A stretch of DNA of 59,387 bases from a virus. Lineage: Duplodnaviria; Caudoviricetes. The stretch lies in IMG/VR virus record IMGVR_UViG_3300003894_000331, positions 1 to 59,387 of that record; one strand, 5' to 3'. This document shows, piece by piece, positions 1 through 9,551 of this stretch. The notes beneath the pieces are model-generated. The model saw nothing but the letters and a program-made list of their open reading frames with translations, ran no database searches and was not told where the DNA came from. The position numbers were made by a program, and so were the translations under genes. Position 1 is the stretch's first letter, and each line of letters starts with the position of its first letter.

Positions 1-2649
1 ATCCCAGTACTGGAATCCTTCTTGTGGAGATGGTGCTGTTGGTGTAAGATCGAATTGTATTCCACCTAACCTTGAATAACCTTCTACATATAGTTTGTAA
101 CCTAACGCATCTGTAGCTCCTATCGCTACATCATGAGAAGTTGAGTTTGGGTACAATTCGTTTCCTGTCAAGTCCCAATATCCAATATCTCCAATTAGTT
201 CATCAATAGAACTTGATGTAACTTCTCCTGCTGTAGAATTCCAACGTAGTATTTGGTCAGAGGCTCCTGCATCGTTAGGTTGATATTTAAGAAGTAAATT
301 ACCACCCCTTGTTAAAGCCATAACTTCTGTACTTGAAACACCTCCTTTATTTGTATGCCAAGTGAACATCTCGTTTGTATCAAAGTCTCCCCCGTTAGAA
401 GTGAATCGCAGAGCATAATATCCCGTAACATTGTTAGAATCTATGTAATTGTAATAGCCACCATTGGCAGATTTCCATTTTATAGTGTGTTCCCAAGGCA
501 AAATAAGGTCTCCATTATCTAATTCTACATCCTTCATGAACTTTGCGTTCTGACTAGCATCAATGCGTACTGCTTCTACTCCTCCTGTTATTAGAGAGAG
601 GTTGTCTGCCCCTGCCCAACCTATACCTGTGTCGGTATCAGAACGGTTAGGTACAAGTGTTGGGTTTGTTGATGATGCAACTTCATTAAGAATACCACCA
701 GCTGTACCAGTTGATCCCCCAATTACACCCTGTGCCAACCTTAGTACATCCACTCCACCTATTGAAAAATACATAGTATCATCAATAGCCTCATAAATAC
801 CTGTATCACCATCTCCAAAGGCTAAACCTGTTGATAGTGAACCTACTCCACCGTTGATGTGTAGCTGGGCTAGTGGATCTATACCAATACCTACGTAACC
901 GCCATAAGGTTGTAAATTAATATTATCGGAAACTGTAGTAGATGATGCTCCTTGAATTCCTATTGTTGAATTTGTTACTTGGGTAATAAATAAAGATCGT
1001 TCTACATCCGTTCTAACCTGAACTCTGAAAGCTCTTGACCCAAATACTTCAGATAAATTACTCGCTGCCCAATTACTCCCTTTTACGTGTAAAGCTGTAG
1101 TTGGAGTAACGTTTATCCCAACCTTACCGTCATCTAATACTGTAATAGCACCAGTAGCAGCATTATTACTCATCAATGTTTGTCCACCTGTAATATCTGA
1201 CCATACAGCCAGTTCTCCGTCTACGTCTGGTGTAAAATATTCCCTTGTTACACTATCTGTAGCAAGGTTATCAAGAGTAAACTTTATCTTTCTACTATCG
1301 TTTAGGTTGTCATGTATAGTGAATATATCATCAGGAAAGTTTGTTATGGAACCGGGTGGGATATACGTTGTACCACCTTTAACAGAACTGGGCTTATCTC
1401 CTCTTAAATCAATCCATGATTGGAATACCCATGTATTTGATTGTTGCCTTACTGTTATAGCAGCTATTAAGAACCCTGTAGAACTAGCTCTTATAAACTC
1501 GGCAGGTATATCTGTTTGTGTATAACCACCCGCATCAGCTTGAGCATCTCCAAGGTTGTTATAAGTTCCTGTAGGCATATTAACCATTAAAGGAGAATAA
1601 GCACCTCCTTTATTAGCTACGCCCCATAAAACAAATGTGAAATACTTATTTGTCAATGTTCCACCTGAAGCATCAGTAGTTATATCATAAAGATTTGTTA
1701 CCTCTCTATATGCTTGTGTAAAATCATTTGTAATATGTACATCATCACCTGCAGAAGAATCCTTAGCAGTATAATTGTGTGGGTGCATCTGCATGATTAG
1801 TCCAGAAGAACACTGGACTGTTACACTCCCCGTTGTTGAGGTAATATAATTAGTTGTCCCTGCTGGGTCTACTCCTGATTGGTATATAGCCCCTAAAGCT
1901 CTTGAACGGGCAGCCATATGAGTCATATGACCCATTTCGTCTGTACCCTTATTCTCATCATTCCAGTTCTGGTTTATAAGAGCACCGCTTTCTGATTGTA
2001 CATGGGCAGCTGTTGGAACGAAGAAGTAACTAACCTTAATATGTTCTACGCCTGATGGCCAACCTGTTGTTGACTTGGTTAATAGCCCTGTAGACTTCAG
2101 GATATAAACATAATTACTCTGCGGAGAAGCCAATGTTCCCGGAGTAAGCGTTATAGTTTTAGCAGGTGTGCAATCTAATGTTTCATCACCGGTACTCCAT
2201 TGCATTGTTAAGTCACCACCAGTTTTACTCTGTAGTGACATAGTAACTGTTGTACCGTCCGAACTAACAGTAGCATTAAATGGCTCAGCAAAAGAACCGT
2301 TTACAAAATCTCTGGATAGATATATATGTTGTAAATTATCGGCATACTGTTTAGGAACTGCGTGTAAGTCTGCTGTTGGATCCCCGCCAAGTAATAACCT
2401 CTTAGCAGTATCATCCCACTTGAGCTCGTTTGTTTCTGTATGTTTCCATCTATCAGTATCCCAAAATGCCATTTGACCATTAGCCGTACCGGCCTCCAGA
2501 TCCAATCTATTAAGCATCTTGTAATAGTTGCTATCTGATATTAGTTCATATAAACCATCAGATAGGGCCATCATGCCCCTGTCTCCAGAACCGATAGACG
2601 GTCGTTTGGACGCATCTATCTCATGATATGTGAGTACGTCTAACCTCAT
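1..2649 (-). CDS. Tail fibre / receptor-binding protein, partial (open to the window edge; not in ORF track)
   Basis: ATG at 2649 right after the stop of 2651..4798. Segments translated by hand stay in one frame down to position 1: MRLDVLTYHEIDASKRP..., DGKVGINVTPTTALHVKG, GYVGIGIDPLAQLHING, GLAFGDGDTGIYEAIDD, DTDTGIGWAGADNLSLITGGVEAVRID, ...PSPQEGFQYWD. These are typical fibre beta-repeats. Confidence 0.85.
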   Translation of the reverse strand, partial: MRLDVLTYHEIDASKRPSIGSGDRGMMALSDGLYELISDSNYYKMLNRLDLEAGTANGQMAFWDTDRWKHTETNELKWDDTAKRLLLGGDPTADLHAVPKQYADNLQHIYLSRDFVNGSFAEPFNATVSSDGTTVTMSLQSKTGGDLTMQWSTGDETLDCTPAKTITLTPGTLASPQSNYVYILKSTGLLTKSTTGWPSGVEHIKVSYFFVPTAAHVQSESGALINQNWNDENKGTDEMGHMTHMAARSRALGAIYQSGVDPAGTTNYITSTTGSVTVQCSSGLIMQMHPHNYTAKDSSAGDDVHITNDFTQAYREVTNLYDITTDASGGTLTNKYFTFVLWGVANKGGAYSPLMVNMPTGTYNNLGDAQADAGGYTQTDIPAEFIRASSTGFLIAAITVRQQSNTWVFQSWIDLRGDKPSSVKGGTTYIPPGSITNFPDDIFTIHDNLNDSRKIKFTLDNLATDSVTREYFTPDVDGELAVWSDITGGQTLMSNNAATGAITVLDDGKVGINVTPTTALHVKGSNWAASNLSEVFGSRAFRVQVRTDVERSLFITQVTNSTIGIQGASSTTVSDNINLQPYGGYVGIGIDPLAQLHINGGVGSLSTGLAFGDGDTGIYEAIDDTMYFSIGGVDVLRLAQGVIGGSTGTAGGILNEVASSTNPTLVPNRSDTDTGIGWAGADNLSLITGGVEAVRIDASQNAKFMKDVELDNGDLILPWEHTIKWKSANGGYYNYIDSNNVTGYYALRFTSNGGDFDTNEMFTWHTNKGGVSSTEVMALTRGGNLLLKYQPNDAGASDQILRWNSTAGEVTSSSIDELIGDIGYWDLTGNELYPNSTSHDVAIGATDALGYKLYVEGYSRLGGIQFDLTPTAPSPQEGFQYWD

Positions 2650-2650
2650 A

Positions 2651-4798
2651 TTATGCTATATGTAAAATGTGTGCTGCTCCTGCGAATAATCTTGAACTGG
2701 TAATAACGATATCACCTGTTGTAGTATCAATAGTTTTACGAATTCCTTCCTCGATGAGTAGATCTCCGCTTGTCTCGAATATCAATACTATGAACTTACC
2801 ATTAGTTCCTAATCCATGGTTTTGCTGACCGTTACCGGTTGCTCCACTGTTTTTGAAGGTAATAGTATAAGGACCGACTCCAGCCCATCCTGTAGCTCCT
2901 ACAGCAGCAATAAAGTTAATCTGTGTGCCGAATAAAGAACCTGGAGTAGTACTGAGTAGATTTCCAACAGTAACATACTTTGTGTTATTACTGTCAGATA
3001 CATCAGCGATCGCTAGCTTATCACCTGTAGCAACTGATGTTAATTGTGTTGACAAACCATTAATGTCTAACCCGAGTGAAATGTAATTACCTCCATCAGT
3101 ATATGATATACCTCCAATAGTTCTTAGTACACCGTCAGATGAAGAAGATCCGATGTAGTCAGGAGTAGCTCCACTATCAATCTTTACTTTCCAATCCATA
3201 GCAAAGGTTGATGCTTGCCATGACCATACACCTGCACTTGTGGATGTAAGAACATAATCATTCCCCGCAGGTGGTGCAACTGGAAGAGTATAAGACTGAC
3301 TAGCAGTAGTACTTGCGCTCGGTGTAAATGATACACTGAATGCATGAGAAGTGTGAGCCATAGTTAAAGATCCTGTACGTGTAGATGCTTTACCCAATGT
3401 AACAGCATGTGCAAAGGAAGCCTGTGTTGCATCCCATGTTAACACTTGCCCCTCAAGACCAGTTATCTGACCTAGCGAACCTGTTGTTGGTGCATATACA
3501 ATTCCATACTGTGTCCAAGAACCTTTACCGGTACCTCCTCGTGATACTGATAAGTATTGTTCTGCTGTGATATCTCCTGAAGCATTTGAGTAAACAGCAT
3601 AGTTTGCTGTTAAGTCCTCCATCTTACTCCATTCAATAGCTGCTGATGAACCAATGTTAGCGTTGTTAATATAGCCCCAAGCTCCAGTACCTGCACTTGC
3701 GTACAGTACAACTTGATTAGAAGAGCCAGAAGCAGGAATGTGCTTATACCCGTTGTTAGTGCTGTGGGAGATTACGTTTCCAGTAACCTCGATAGGTAGT
3801 GTTCCAGTATAAGTACCTGTTCCTGCTATCTGAACCCATTCCGTTCCATTAAATGTCCATCTTTCATCTGAGTGTTCTGTACCGGTTTTGATCCATACAG
3901 TATCTCCATCAGTCGGGAGATCTGCTTGAGTACCGTCTTGCTGTACGGTCCATACCCATGAACCTGTAGAACCACTTGACAGATATATCTTATGATCTTG
4001 TGAGGCTGTTGAACTGTCCTTAACGAGAACTCTCATCCCGGAAGTTACAGTAACCCCATCGATTGTATTTGTTGTTGCGCCTAGAGGATTACTTCCATCA
4101 TCGTATAGTAAGTCACAAGGAGGACGATACGATACATTATCATATGTTCTGTTATCCACATAGGTCTTAATACTTTCACTACTGGCAATAGTCGTTGCAC
4201 TGGCAGTCGCCATTGTATCATCATCGATAAAACCAGTGATTGCTTGTCCTGGACCCAATGTGAATGACGCTGTTCCTTTAGCTATAGTAAAGGTGTTGGT
4301 CCCATCACTGATAGTATAATCACTCCATACCGGTGAGGATCCGTTAGACTTTAATACCTTATTAGCTGTGCCTATATTACGCTTTGCCAGAGTAGTCGAA
4401 TTTGACGCATAGAGGATGTCTCCTGCTACGTAAGACGCTATTCCTGTTCCACCATCAGTAGCAGGTATTGGAGTCGCCTGAGAGGAAACTACACCACTAC
4501 CATCGATCTTTATATATCCGGCAGAACCATTAAATTTCTTTATACCATACTTAGAGGTTGCAGTCGCTACAGACACTAACAACTCGTTTTCTGCTGCTGC
4601 TGCTGTTTTCCAAGCAAATGAGTAGTAATCATCAGTATCACCACCACGGAACTGCGGTATATTCTCATCTGAGTTATACAGGACAAAACCCTGTGTTGGA
4701 GATGCTGGACGGGATGCAGTTGCATATGCTTGCAGTACTGCTTCTTGTAGCTCATTAAAAAAGAGCCTAATCGGACTGTTAAATGGATACGGTTCCAT
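2651..4798 (-). CDS. Tail fibre-like structural protein (715 aa)
   Basis: Gly/Ser/Thr-rich; repeated GGTG motifs (IPATDGGTG, LSVSRGGTG); TIDGVTVTSGMRVLVKD module typical of phage fibres. Confidence 0.75.
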   Translation of the reverse strand: MEPYPFNSPIRLFFNELQEAVLQAYATASRPASPTQGFVLYNSDENIPQFRGGDTDDYYSFAWKTAAAAENELLVSVATATSKYGIKKFNGSAGYIKIDGSGVVSSQATPIPATDGGTGIASYVAGDILYASNSTTLAKRNIGTANKVLKSNGSSPVWSDYTISDGTNTFTIAKGTASFTLGPGQAITGFIDDDTMATASATTIASSESIKTYVDNRTYDNVSYRPPCDLLYDDGSNPLGATTNTIDGVTVTSGMRVLVKDSSTASQDHKIYLSSGSTGSWVWTVQQDGTQADLPTDGDTVWIKTGTEHSDERWTFNGTEWVQIAGTGTYTGTLPIEVTGNVISHSTNNGYKHIPASGSSNQVVLYASAGTGAWGYINNANIGSSAAIEWSKMEDLTANYAVYSNASGDITAEQYLSVSRGGTGKGSWTQYGIVYAPTTGSLGQITGLEGQVLTWDATQASFAHAVTLGKASTRTGSLTMAHTSHAFSVSFTPSASTTASQSYTLPVAPPAGNDYVLTSTSAGVWSWQASTFAMDWKVKIDSGATPDYIGSSSSDGVLRTIGGISYTDGGNYISLGLDINGLSTQLTSVATGDKLAIADVSDSNNTKYVTVGNLLSTTPGSLFGTQINFIAAVGATGWAGVGPYTITFKNSGATGNGQQNHGLGTNGKFIVLIFETSGDLLIEEGIRKTIDTTTGDIVITSSRLFAGAAHILHIA

Positions 4799-4800
4799 AG

Positions 4801-5115
4801 TTATTTAATTTTTTCCCACACAATATAACCATCTATACTAGGTGAGAGAGTTACTTTAAATGTATGATCATCAATGATTTTCTTGCGAGCTCCTACTTCA
4901 ACATTGTCTGAGTTGTAAACAGTAATGTCCAAGTACATACTTTCACATTCATGTATTACAGTGATAGTGCCTTCATTGGTAAAGTGTTGTATACCACTAC
5001 AGCCAGTAGAGCTGTCAGGATTACGAGTATCATCACTACCATCAGGACCAGACTCATCTTCTTCATAAAATAAAAAGAGGTTTTTCTTGTCAAATAATTC
5101 TATATCAAATTCCAT
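4801..5115 (-). CDS. Small structural protein sharing a beta-domain with the C-terminus of 2651..4798
   Basis: H...ITVYNSD...KIIDDHTFKVTLS...GYIV parallels NHGLG...VLIFETSG...TIDTTTGDIVITSS...GAAHIL. Confidence 0.55.
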   Translation of the reverse strand: MEFDIELFDKKNLFLFYEEDESGPDGSDDTRNPDSSTGCSGIQHFTNEGTITVIHECESMYLDITVYNSDNVEVGARKKIIDDHTFKVTLSPSIDGYIVWEKIK

Positions 5116-5117
5116 GT

Positions 5118-5579
5118 CTACTCAGTTTCGTAGCCTCCACTAAACGTAGTTTCAGACTCCTGGTTATCAAACTCGTTTTCACCAACTACCTGTCCGGCAT
5201 AAAACAGCTCATTAGGAACTGAACGGTATTCGAGTCCTGAAGGAAACCCACTCCTTTCAAAGATTAAGATTGATCTAACGTAGTAAGGCCCTGCTGACAT
5301 ATCTTTTATATCAGCCCTGCTAACCTTAATACTCACAATACCCTTGTCTTTCTTCTCAGGGTATATCTGATTGAAGCCAGTTACATTGCTCCATGCACTG
5401 TTAACGATATCAACAGCATATTTTAATTGGACCTGACGGAACTTATTATACAAAAAAATCCTGACCCCAGTTAACGGATAACCAAGATCAGAATCTAAAT
5501 CTACCACCTTACCGGTGTGCAACTGTTTAATCCTAAATATTAATTCATTGTCATGTCCTCGTACAATATTTTTAATCAT
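5118..5579 (-). CDS. BppU-N/Ig-like virion structural protein
   Basis: Pattern IVRGHDNELIFRI...GKVVDL...KGIVSIKVSRADIKDMSAGPYY; lies next to fibre genes. Confidence 0.5.
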   Translation of the reverse strand: MIKNIVRGHDNELIFRIKQLHTGKVVDLDSDLGYPLTGVRIFLYNKFRQVQLKYAVDIVNSAWSNVTGFNQIYPEKKDKGIVSIKVSRADIKDMSAGPYYVRSILIFERSGFPSGLEYRSVPNELFYAGQVVGENEFDNQESETTFSGGYETE

Positions 5580-6103
5580 TAGTCAACTGTTTCAAACAGT
5601 CTAGGCTTGTATTCATTATCAGAACGTTTGTCGAACTTACTTGAGTTACTCGCCAACTGTTTAAGTTCCTTGCCAAGCTTCAAGAGCTCCTGAGCACGTT
5701 TCAAAGCTGTGAACTTCTCATCCTTGTTCTCAAGATTCATCTTGATATTCTTAAGCATTTTGATGTAGGCATCAGCATCCTTCTGCCATGACATGTACAA
5801 AGCCCACTCAGGACTGTACATCGTCTCTATATATAGATTCTCAAACTCTTCGTATACAATACTATCGAGAACCTCTTGAACATCATAGCCATTCAAATAA
5901 GCCTGCTGAATACGGATAGCTTTCTTATTTCTCGGAAGATCATGGTACAAAGAAACCCCTTCAGGCGAATAACTATAGTATAACAACACTAAGCCTGCTT
6001 TTACAAACTTCTTGTCCTTATGCGATAAGAACTGCGCCACAACAGGCTGATTCTCCGCACCGTCAACTATAGACACCTTACCCCTATTTGTCTTTGCTAA
6101 CAT
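5579..6103 (-). CDS. Helical protein, possible terminase small subunit-like
   Basis: 174 aa with C-terminal coiled coil; follows the GroES-like gene at the start of the late block. Function is inferred only. Confidence 0.35.
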   Translation of the reverse strand: MLAKTNRGKVSIVDGAENQPVVAQFLSHKDKKFVKAGLVLLYYSYSPEGVSLYHDLPRNKKAIRIQQAYLNGYDVQEVLDSIVYEEFENLYIETMYSPEWALYMSWQKDADAYIKMLKNIKMNLENKDEKFTALKRAQELLKLGKELKQLASNSSKFDKRSDNEYKPRLFETVD

Positions 6104-6470
6104 CCTTAACTATAACGTCATTTTTATTAAGCTGTCTTAAAACATCACCCTTGATGTTTATCATAGTGCCTCCAAATACTCGCACATAAACTCTGTCACC
6201 TACTTCATAGCCATCAACTCCACTAGCAACGATAACACCTTGTACCGGCCAATCCTTAAAATACCCCAATGATGTGTACTTCTCCTCAAGATCACCCCCA
6301 CGCATCGCAGTTAAGAAAGCCGTGTACAACTCCCTCTTACCTTTAATAATAGAACTCTCATGCTGAAAGCTATGAAAGTCATCCATCCTTGCTAACATAA
6401 TATCATCATTTACCTCGATAATACCACTGTAGTCCATGATAGGTTCCTGTTCTTTTTGATTAGATTCCAT
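6084..6470 (-). CDS. GroES-like co-chaperonin
   Basis: VQGVIVASG...YEVGDRVYV...INIKGDVLRQLNKNDVIV matches the GroES pattern. Start moved to ATG 6470, just after the upstream stop at 6472. Confidence 0.6.
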   Translation of the reverse strand: MESNQKEQEPIMDYSGIIEVNDDIMLARMDDFHSFQHESSIIKGKRELYTAFLTAMRGGDLEEKYTSLGYFKDWPVQGVIVASGVDGYEVGDRVYVRVFGGTMINIKGDVLRQLNKNDVIVKDVSKDK

Positions 6471-6471
6471 A

Positions 6472-6747
6472 TTAATTAAATATTGATTGTATCTGTTCCT
6501 GGCGTATAACAAGGTCCACCTTATGCTCCCTCTGTAAATCATTAATCATAATGTTTACACTCTCCTCATAACCATCCTCAATACGGTAACGTCCGTTCTT
6601 AGGATCCAACCGTCCATAGTTCTGTATAAGCGCATTATACCTGTTAACGTACTTAATGTACCCCCCTTGCATAGGAATACTAAGAGACATCTTATTATTC
6701 AGCATCAAATCCTGAATACCTATAATTTGTTTACCCTCTCTGACCAT
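6472..6747 (-). CDS. Hypothetical protein
   Basis: 91-aa ORF in a tightly packed minus-strand run. Confidence 0.6.
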   Translation of the reverse strand: MVREGKQIIGIQDLMLNNKMSLSIPMQGGYIKYVNRYNALIQNYGRLDPKNGRYRIEDGYEESVNIMINDLQREHKVDLVIRQEQIQSIFN

Positions 6748-7052
6748 GACATTAAAGCTTGATTACCTTGATCTACGATATCGGCAGGCACTAACTCATT
6801 AATTCCATAACGAGCCTTGATCTGGATAGTATTACCCAACTTATCTACTCCATTCCAGTGACACATTACCCCCACTACTATCTTCTTACGCTTTTGCTCA
6901 CCATTCGAAGTACCCGTGATAGGAACACCCTTCTTTATTAAATACTCTACATAAATGTTACGCTTATCATCCCTGACAATATCATCAGTGTGATATACAC
7001 GTAAACCACTACGTATCCAATATTTACTATGGAGATTGTCTGTTCCCACCAC
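6720..7052 (-). CDS. Hypothetical protein (SH3-like beta pattern)
   Basis: 110-aa ORF; GLRVYH...VMCHW...NELV pattern. Confidence 0.6.
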   Translation of the reverse strand: MVGTDNLHSKYWIRSGLRVYHTDDIVRDDKRNIYVEYLIKKGVPITGTSNGEQKRKKIVVGVMCHWNGVDKLGNTIQIKARYGINELVPADIVDQGNQALMSWSERVNKL

Positions 7053-7218
7053 GCTTACTCTTTATATAACGACCTTTACCGATTATGTATTCGTCAGTCT
7101 CATGAGTCTCTTGCATAGCAGCCAACAGAACCTTTTTATCTACCCCCAAACTCTCTACATCCTTCTTATCACGGAAGATCCGGAAAATCTGTCTCCTCTT
7201 TTCATACACAACAACCAT
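7027..7218 (-). CDS. Hypothetical protein, first gene of the leftward block
   Basis: Start placed at ATG 7218 (MVVVYEKRRQIF); the longer track version runs into low-complexity intergenic DNA. Confidence 0.5.
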   Translation of the reverse strand: MVVVYEKRRQIFRIFRDKKDVESLGVDKKVLLAAMQETHETDEYIIGKGRYIKSKRGGNRQSP

Positions 7219-7565
7219 AACAACTAACTTATAACACTTCAGCAAATATAATACAAAATCCCCCCTTTTGATACCAAAACATAAAAAATATTTATCCCAA
7301 TCAACCGCAGCCCACAAATACATATATAAGACAAATACTAAAATACCCCCTCCCTCATAATAACATAAAGGCCCTCCTGAACATACCCAGTACCCCTCAA
7401 ATCAACGATCCCTAATCAAATAGACATAACCCCCAAAACCATAAAAAAATACTGTGTGTGTACAGAGAGGAGGTATCCTACCCCAACCTCCCCCGGTGTT
7501 CGATATTATCAAAATTGGTTTCAGCCAGAACCGGTTTTGTTTGTTTAATCTTAAATACTTTAATT

Positions 7566-7880
7566 ATGGCAAAGAACACATTAGCAACTATGAGCGTTAT
7601 TGCTAGCGCACCAGTGAATGCAGGTTTCCAGAATGATTTTGGACCAGCCAAGGTACTAGGTACCACATTTGTTAAGGAAACAAAAGAGGGTGATGGTTAC
7701 ATCGGCATCTTATGTGAAGATGATAGTGGTAAGCACAAGCTACCCATGTCATACGAACAGCTTAAGACTGAAAAGGATTACGCTAAGTACTTTGATGTTA
7801 ATGATGATGGCAAAGGTGAACTCATCGCTGGTACTAACTTCACCATAACAAATGGTGTTGTTGAGATGTACGCTGACTAA
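7566..7880 (+). CDS. Hypothetical protein, first gene of the rightward block, probably monocistronic
   Basis: AT-rich leader, ATG 7566 (MAKNTLATMS), strong terminator directly downstream. Confidence 0.75.
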   Translation: MAKNTLATMSVIASAPVNAGFQNDFGPAKVLGTTFVKETKEGDGYIGILCEDDSGKHKLPMSYEQLKTEKDYAKYFDVNDDGKGELIAGTNFTITNGVVEMYAD

Positions 7881-7902
7881 GGTACTCTTATCCACCAATA
7901 CT

Positions 7903-7934
7903 ACACTCTACACTTCGGTGTAGGGTGTTTTTTT
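7903..7934 (+). terminator. Intrinsic terminator
   Basis: ACACTCTACAC-TTCG-GTGTAGGGTGT followed by a T run; cUUCGg loop. Confidence 0.9.
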
Positions 7935-7973
7935 AAATCAACCAGTTTTATAACCTATAACATAAACATAAAC

Positions 7974-8252
7974 ATGAGCAACAAAAATAAACATACAGAG
8001 TTTACATTAAAAGGTCCTGTGATTCCATCTATATATAAAGGAGAAGAACTACTTCCTAAGTATTACATGGAGCTTAATGTTTTTACCGAGTGTTACTCCC
8101 TCAAAGAGAGTGATGTAATCAGCTTACATGTTAAAGCTTGCAATACAGAGCATGAAGAAGGAGAAGAACCGTCTATTTATCTTAACTTATCCAAACTCCA
8201 AGCTCGTGAATTATGTGCCAAGTTATTTAACCTATTAACATCAGAAATATGA
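7974..8252 (+). CDS. Hypothetical protein
   Basis: 92-aa ORF with A-rich leader. Confidence 0.7.
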   Translation: MSNKNKHTEFTLKGPVIPSIYKGEELLPKYYMELNVFTECYSLKESDVISLHVKACNTEHEEGEEPSIYLNLSKLQARELCAKLFNLLTSEI

Positions 8253-8383
8253 GAAAGCTCCTTTATAAATACACAGACTTTATGATTAAGATATCTGTAT
8301 GGTATGAGATAACAATCTGCTCCATCATCGGTGTCGGATTAGCCATCCTTATCGTCAATTATTGCATTAACTACCATAAATAA
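8249..8383 (+). CDS. Small membrane protein, 44 aa (not in ORF track)
   Basis: ATGA overlap with the upstream stop; MRKLLYKYTDFMIKISVWYEITICSIIGVGLAILIVNYCINYHK has one hydrophobic helix. Confidence 0.6.
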   Translation: MRKLLYKYTDFMIKISVWYEITICSIIGVGLAILIVNYCINYHK

Positions 8384-8394
8384 CCCCTATTTTG

Positions 8395-8442
8395 GTGTTT
8401 TGCCGTCAAAACAAACCATTTTTAAGTGTTTTGCCGTCAAAA
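8395..8442. repeat. Two exact 17-bp direct repeats GTGTTTTGCCGTCAAAA, 31-bp period
   Basis: Copies at 8395-8411 and 8426-8442; each contains the dyad TTTTG-N4-CAAAA. Confidence 0.9.
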
Positions 8443-8635
8443 GAACGCAATATCAACAACCAAACAACTCAATTATTAACATTCTACAAACAAGAAGAAA
8501 ACAATATTAAATAACCTCTCAGCCCTACAGTAATAAACGATACAACTACTTTCGTGTGCTTGCACGGGTCTAGGTCACAGAAAGGTTAATGTTATGTTAT
8601 AGGCTTATTAATAGCTATAGGATAGACATGTTTTA

Positions 8636-8643
8636 TACCTTTG
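8636..8643 (+). promoter_or_regulatory. Bacteroidota sigma-A type -7 element (TAnnTTTG)
   Basis: TACCTTTG in intergenic DNA about 100 nt upstream of the 8742 operon. Confidence 0.55.
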
Positions 8644-8741
8644 TATGGTCTTAGGATGCTTGTACGCTTCATATAATTAAAGAGTGGAGTCGCAAGCCAT
8701 GAAATAATAGATCGTGTGTTACAGGGTAAAAATGATGCATT

Positions 8742-9023
8742 ATGAAACAAATCTTATTAGTATTACATGAGCTTGAGCCAGAGCTTATGAATTTGTTGTT
8801 CGATGAACATAAAAAAGAGTTCCACGCCTTTGCAGTGTCTGGACAAGTAGAATCAAATGATTTAATCAAGCTGTATAAACATTTAAAAGCAGAATATGCC
8901 GTTGTTGATGACCAGGCTCTCGGTGCTTTGTTGTTTGCACGTGGCATTACAGTTAAGCTGTACACTGATGGTAAGTTAGTGCCAGTTAAGTCACCGGTTA
9001 CTCATGACTTCTCATTAAATTAA
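8742..9023 (+). CDS. Hypothetical protein
   Basis: 93-aa ORF coupled to the next gene (TAATG). Confidence 0.7.
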   Translation: MKQILLVLHELEPELMNLLFDEHKKEFHAFAVSGQVESNDLIKLYKHLKAEYAVVDDQALGALLFARGITVKLYTDGKLVPVKSPVTHDFSLN

Positions 9024-9286
9024 TGCAACAACAGAAATACATACGTGATTACGTGACTCAGGTGCGCCTCTTATTGTATCATAGACATGGTATTAAAATG
9101 AGTGATGAATCTGTATCACGTATCATTACGTATTCTGTAAAGAATATATTAACATCAATGTACCAACAAATACCTATTACCCTGAAGTATTTGTTTGGTA
9201 TTAAAATCTATCCCACACGATATGTTAAAAGAAATACACAACCAATTAAGCGAAATAAAGGAGCTACACGAAGCCCAAGTACGTAA
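9023..9286 (+). CDS. Possible HU/IHF-like basic DNA-binding protein
   Basis: SDESVSRIITYSVKNILTSMYQQIPITLKYLFGIK loosely follows the HU helix2-strand pattern; basic tail. Confidence 0.35.
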   Translation: MQQQKYIRDYVTQVRLLLYHRHGIKMSDESVSRIITYSVKNILTSMYQQIPITLKYLFGIKIYPTRYVKRNTQPIKRNKGATRSPST

Positions 9287-9551
9287 GGCTCACTTATACA
9301 TAGAAAGTATCACCAACGTCTTGTATCCGGTTCAGGACACATTTCCAGAAGAGTTAGATATCATAATAAGTATCAATGGTAAATCATTTCAGGTTGAAGA
9401 TGATGATAACGCAGTGTTTGAAGAGTTCATCTCCAATTACCTGGTACGTCTCATTGAGCTTACTGATTCACATGAAAATACTGTGCTGATTAAGATGGAA
9501 AAGATAAATAAACTTATCAAGTTAATTAAATCCGGCAATCATGGCAGATAA
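9222..9551 (+). CDS. Hypothetical protein
   Basis: Start moved to ATG 9222 (MLKEIHNQ). Confidence 0.65.
   Translation: MLKEIHNQLSEIKELHEAQVRKAHLYIESITNVLYPVQDTFPEELDIIISINGKSFQVEDDDNAVFEEFISNYLVRLIELTDSHENTVLIKMEKINKLIKLIKSGNHGR

Noticed and set aside
1-4798. Diversity-generating retroelement or invertible cassette acting on fibre genes
   Set aside because: No reverse transcriptase, invertase or TR/VR-like adenine-mismatch repeat pair seen in this window.
8395-8442. Mini CRISPR array
   Set aside because: Only two 17-bp copies with a 14-bp spacer, too short for CRISPR; no cas operon (the Cas4-like gene is solo).
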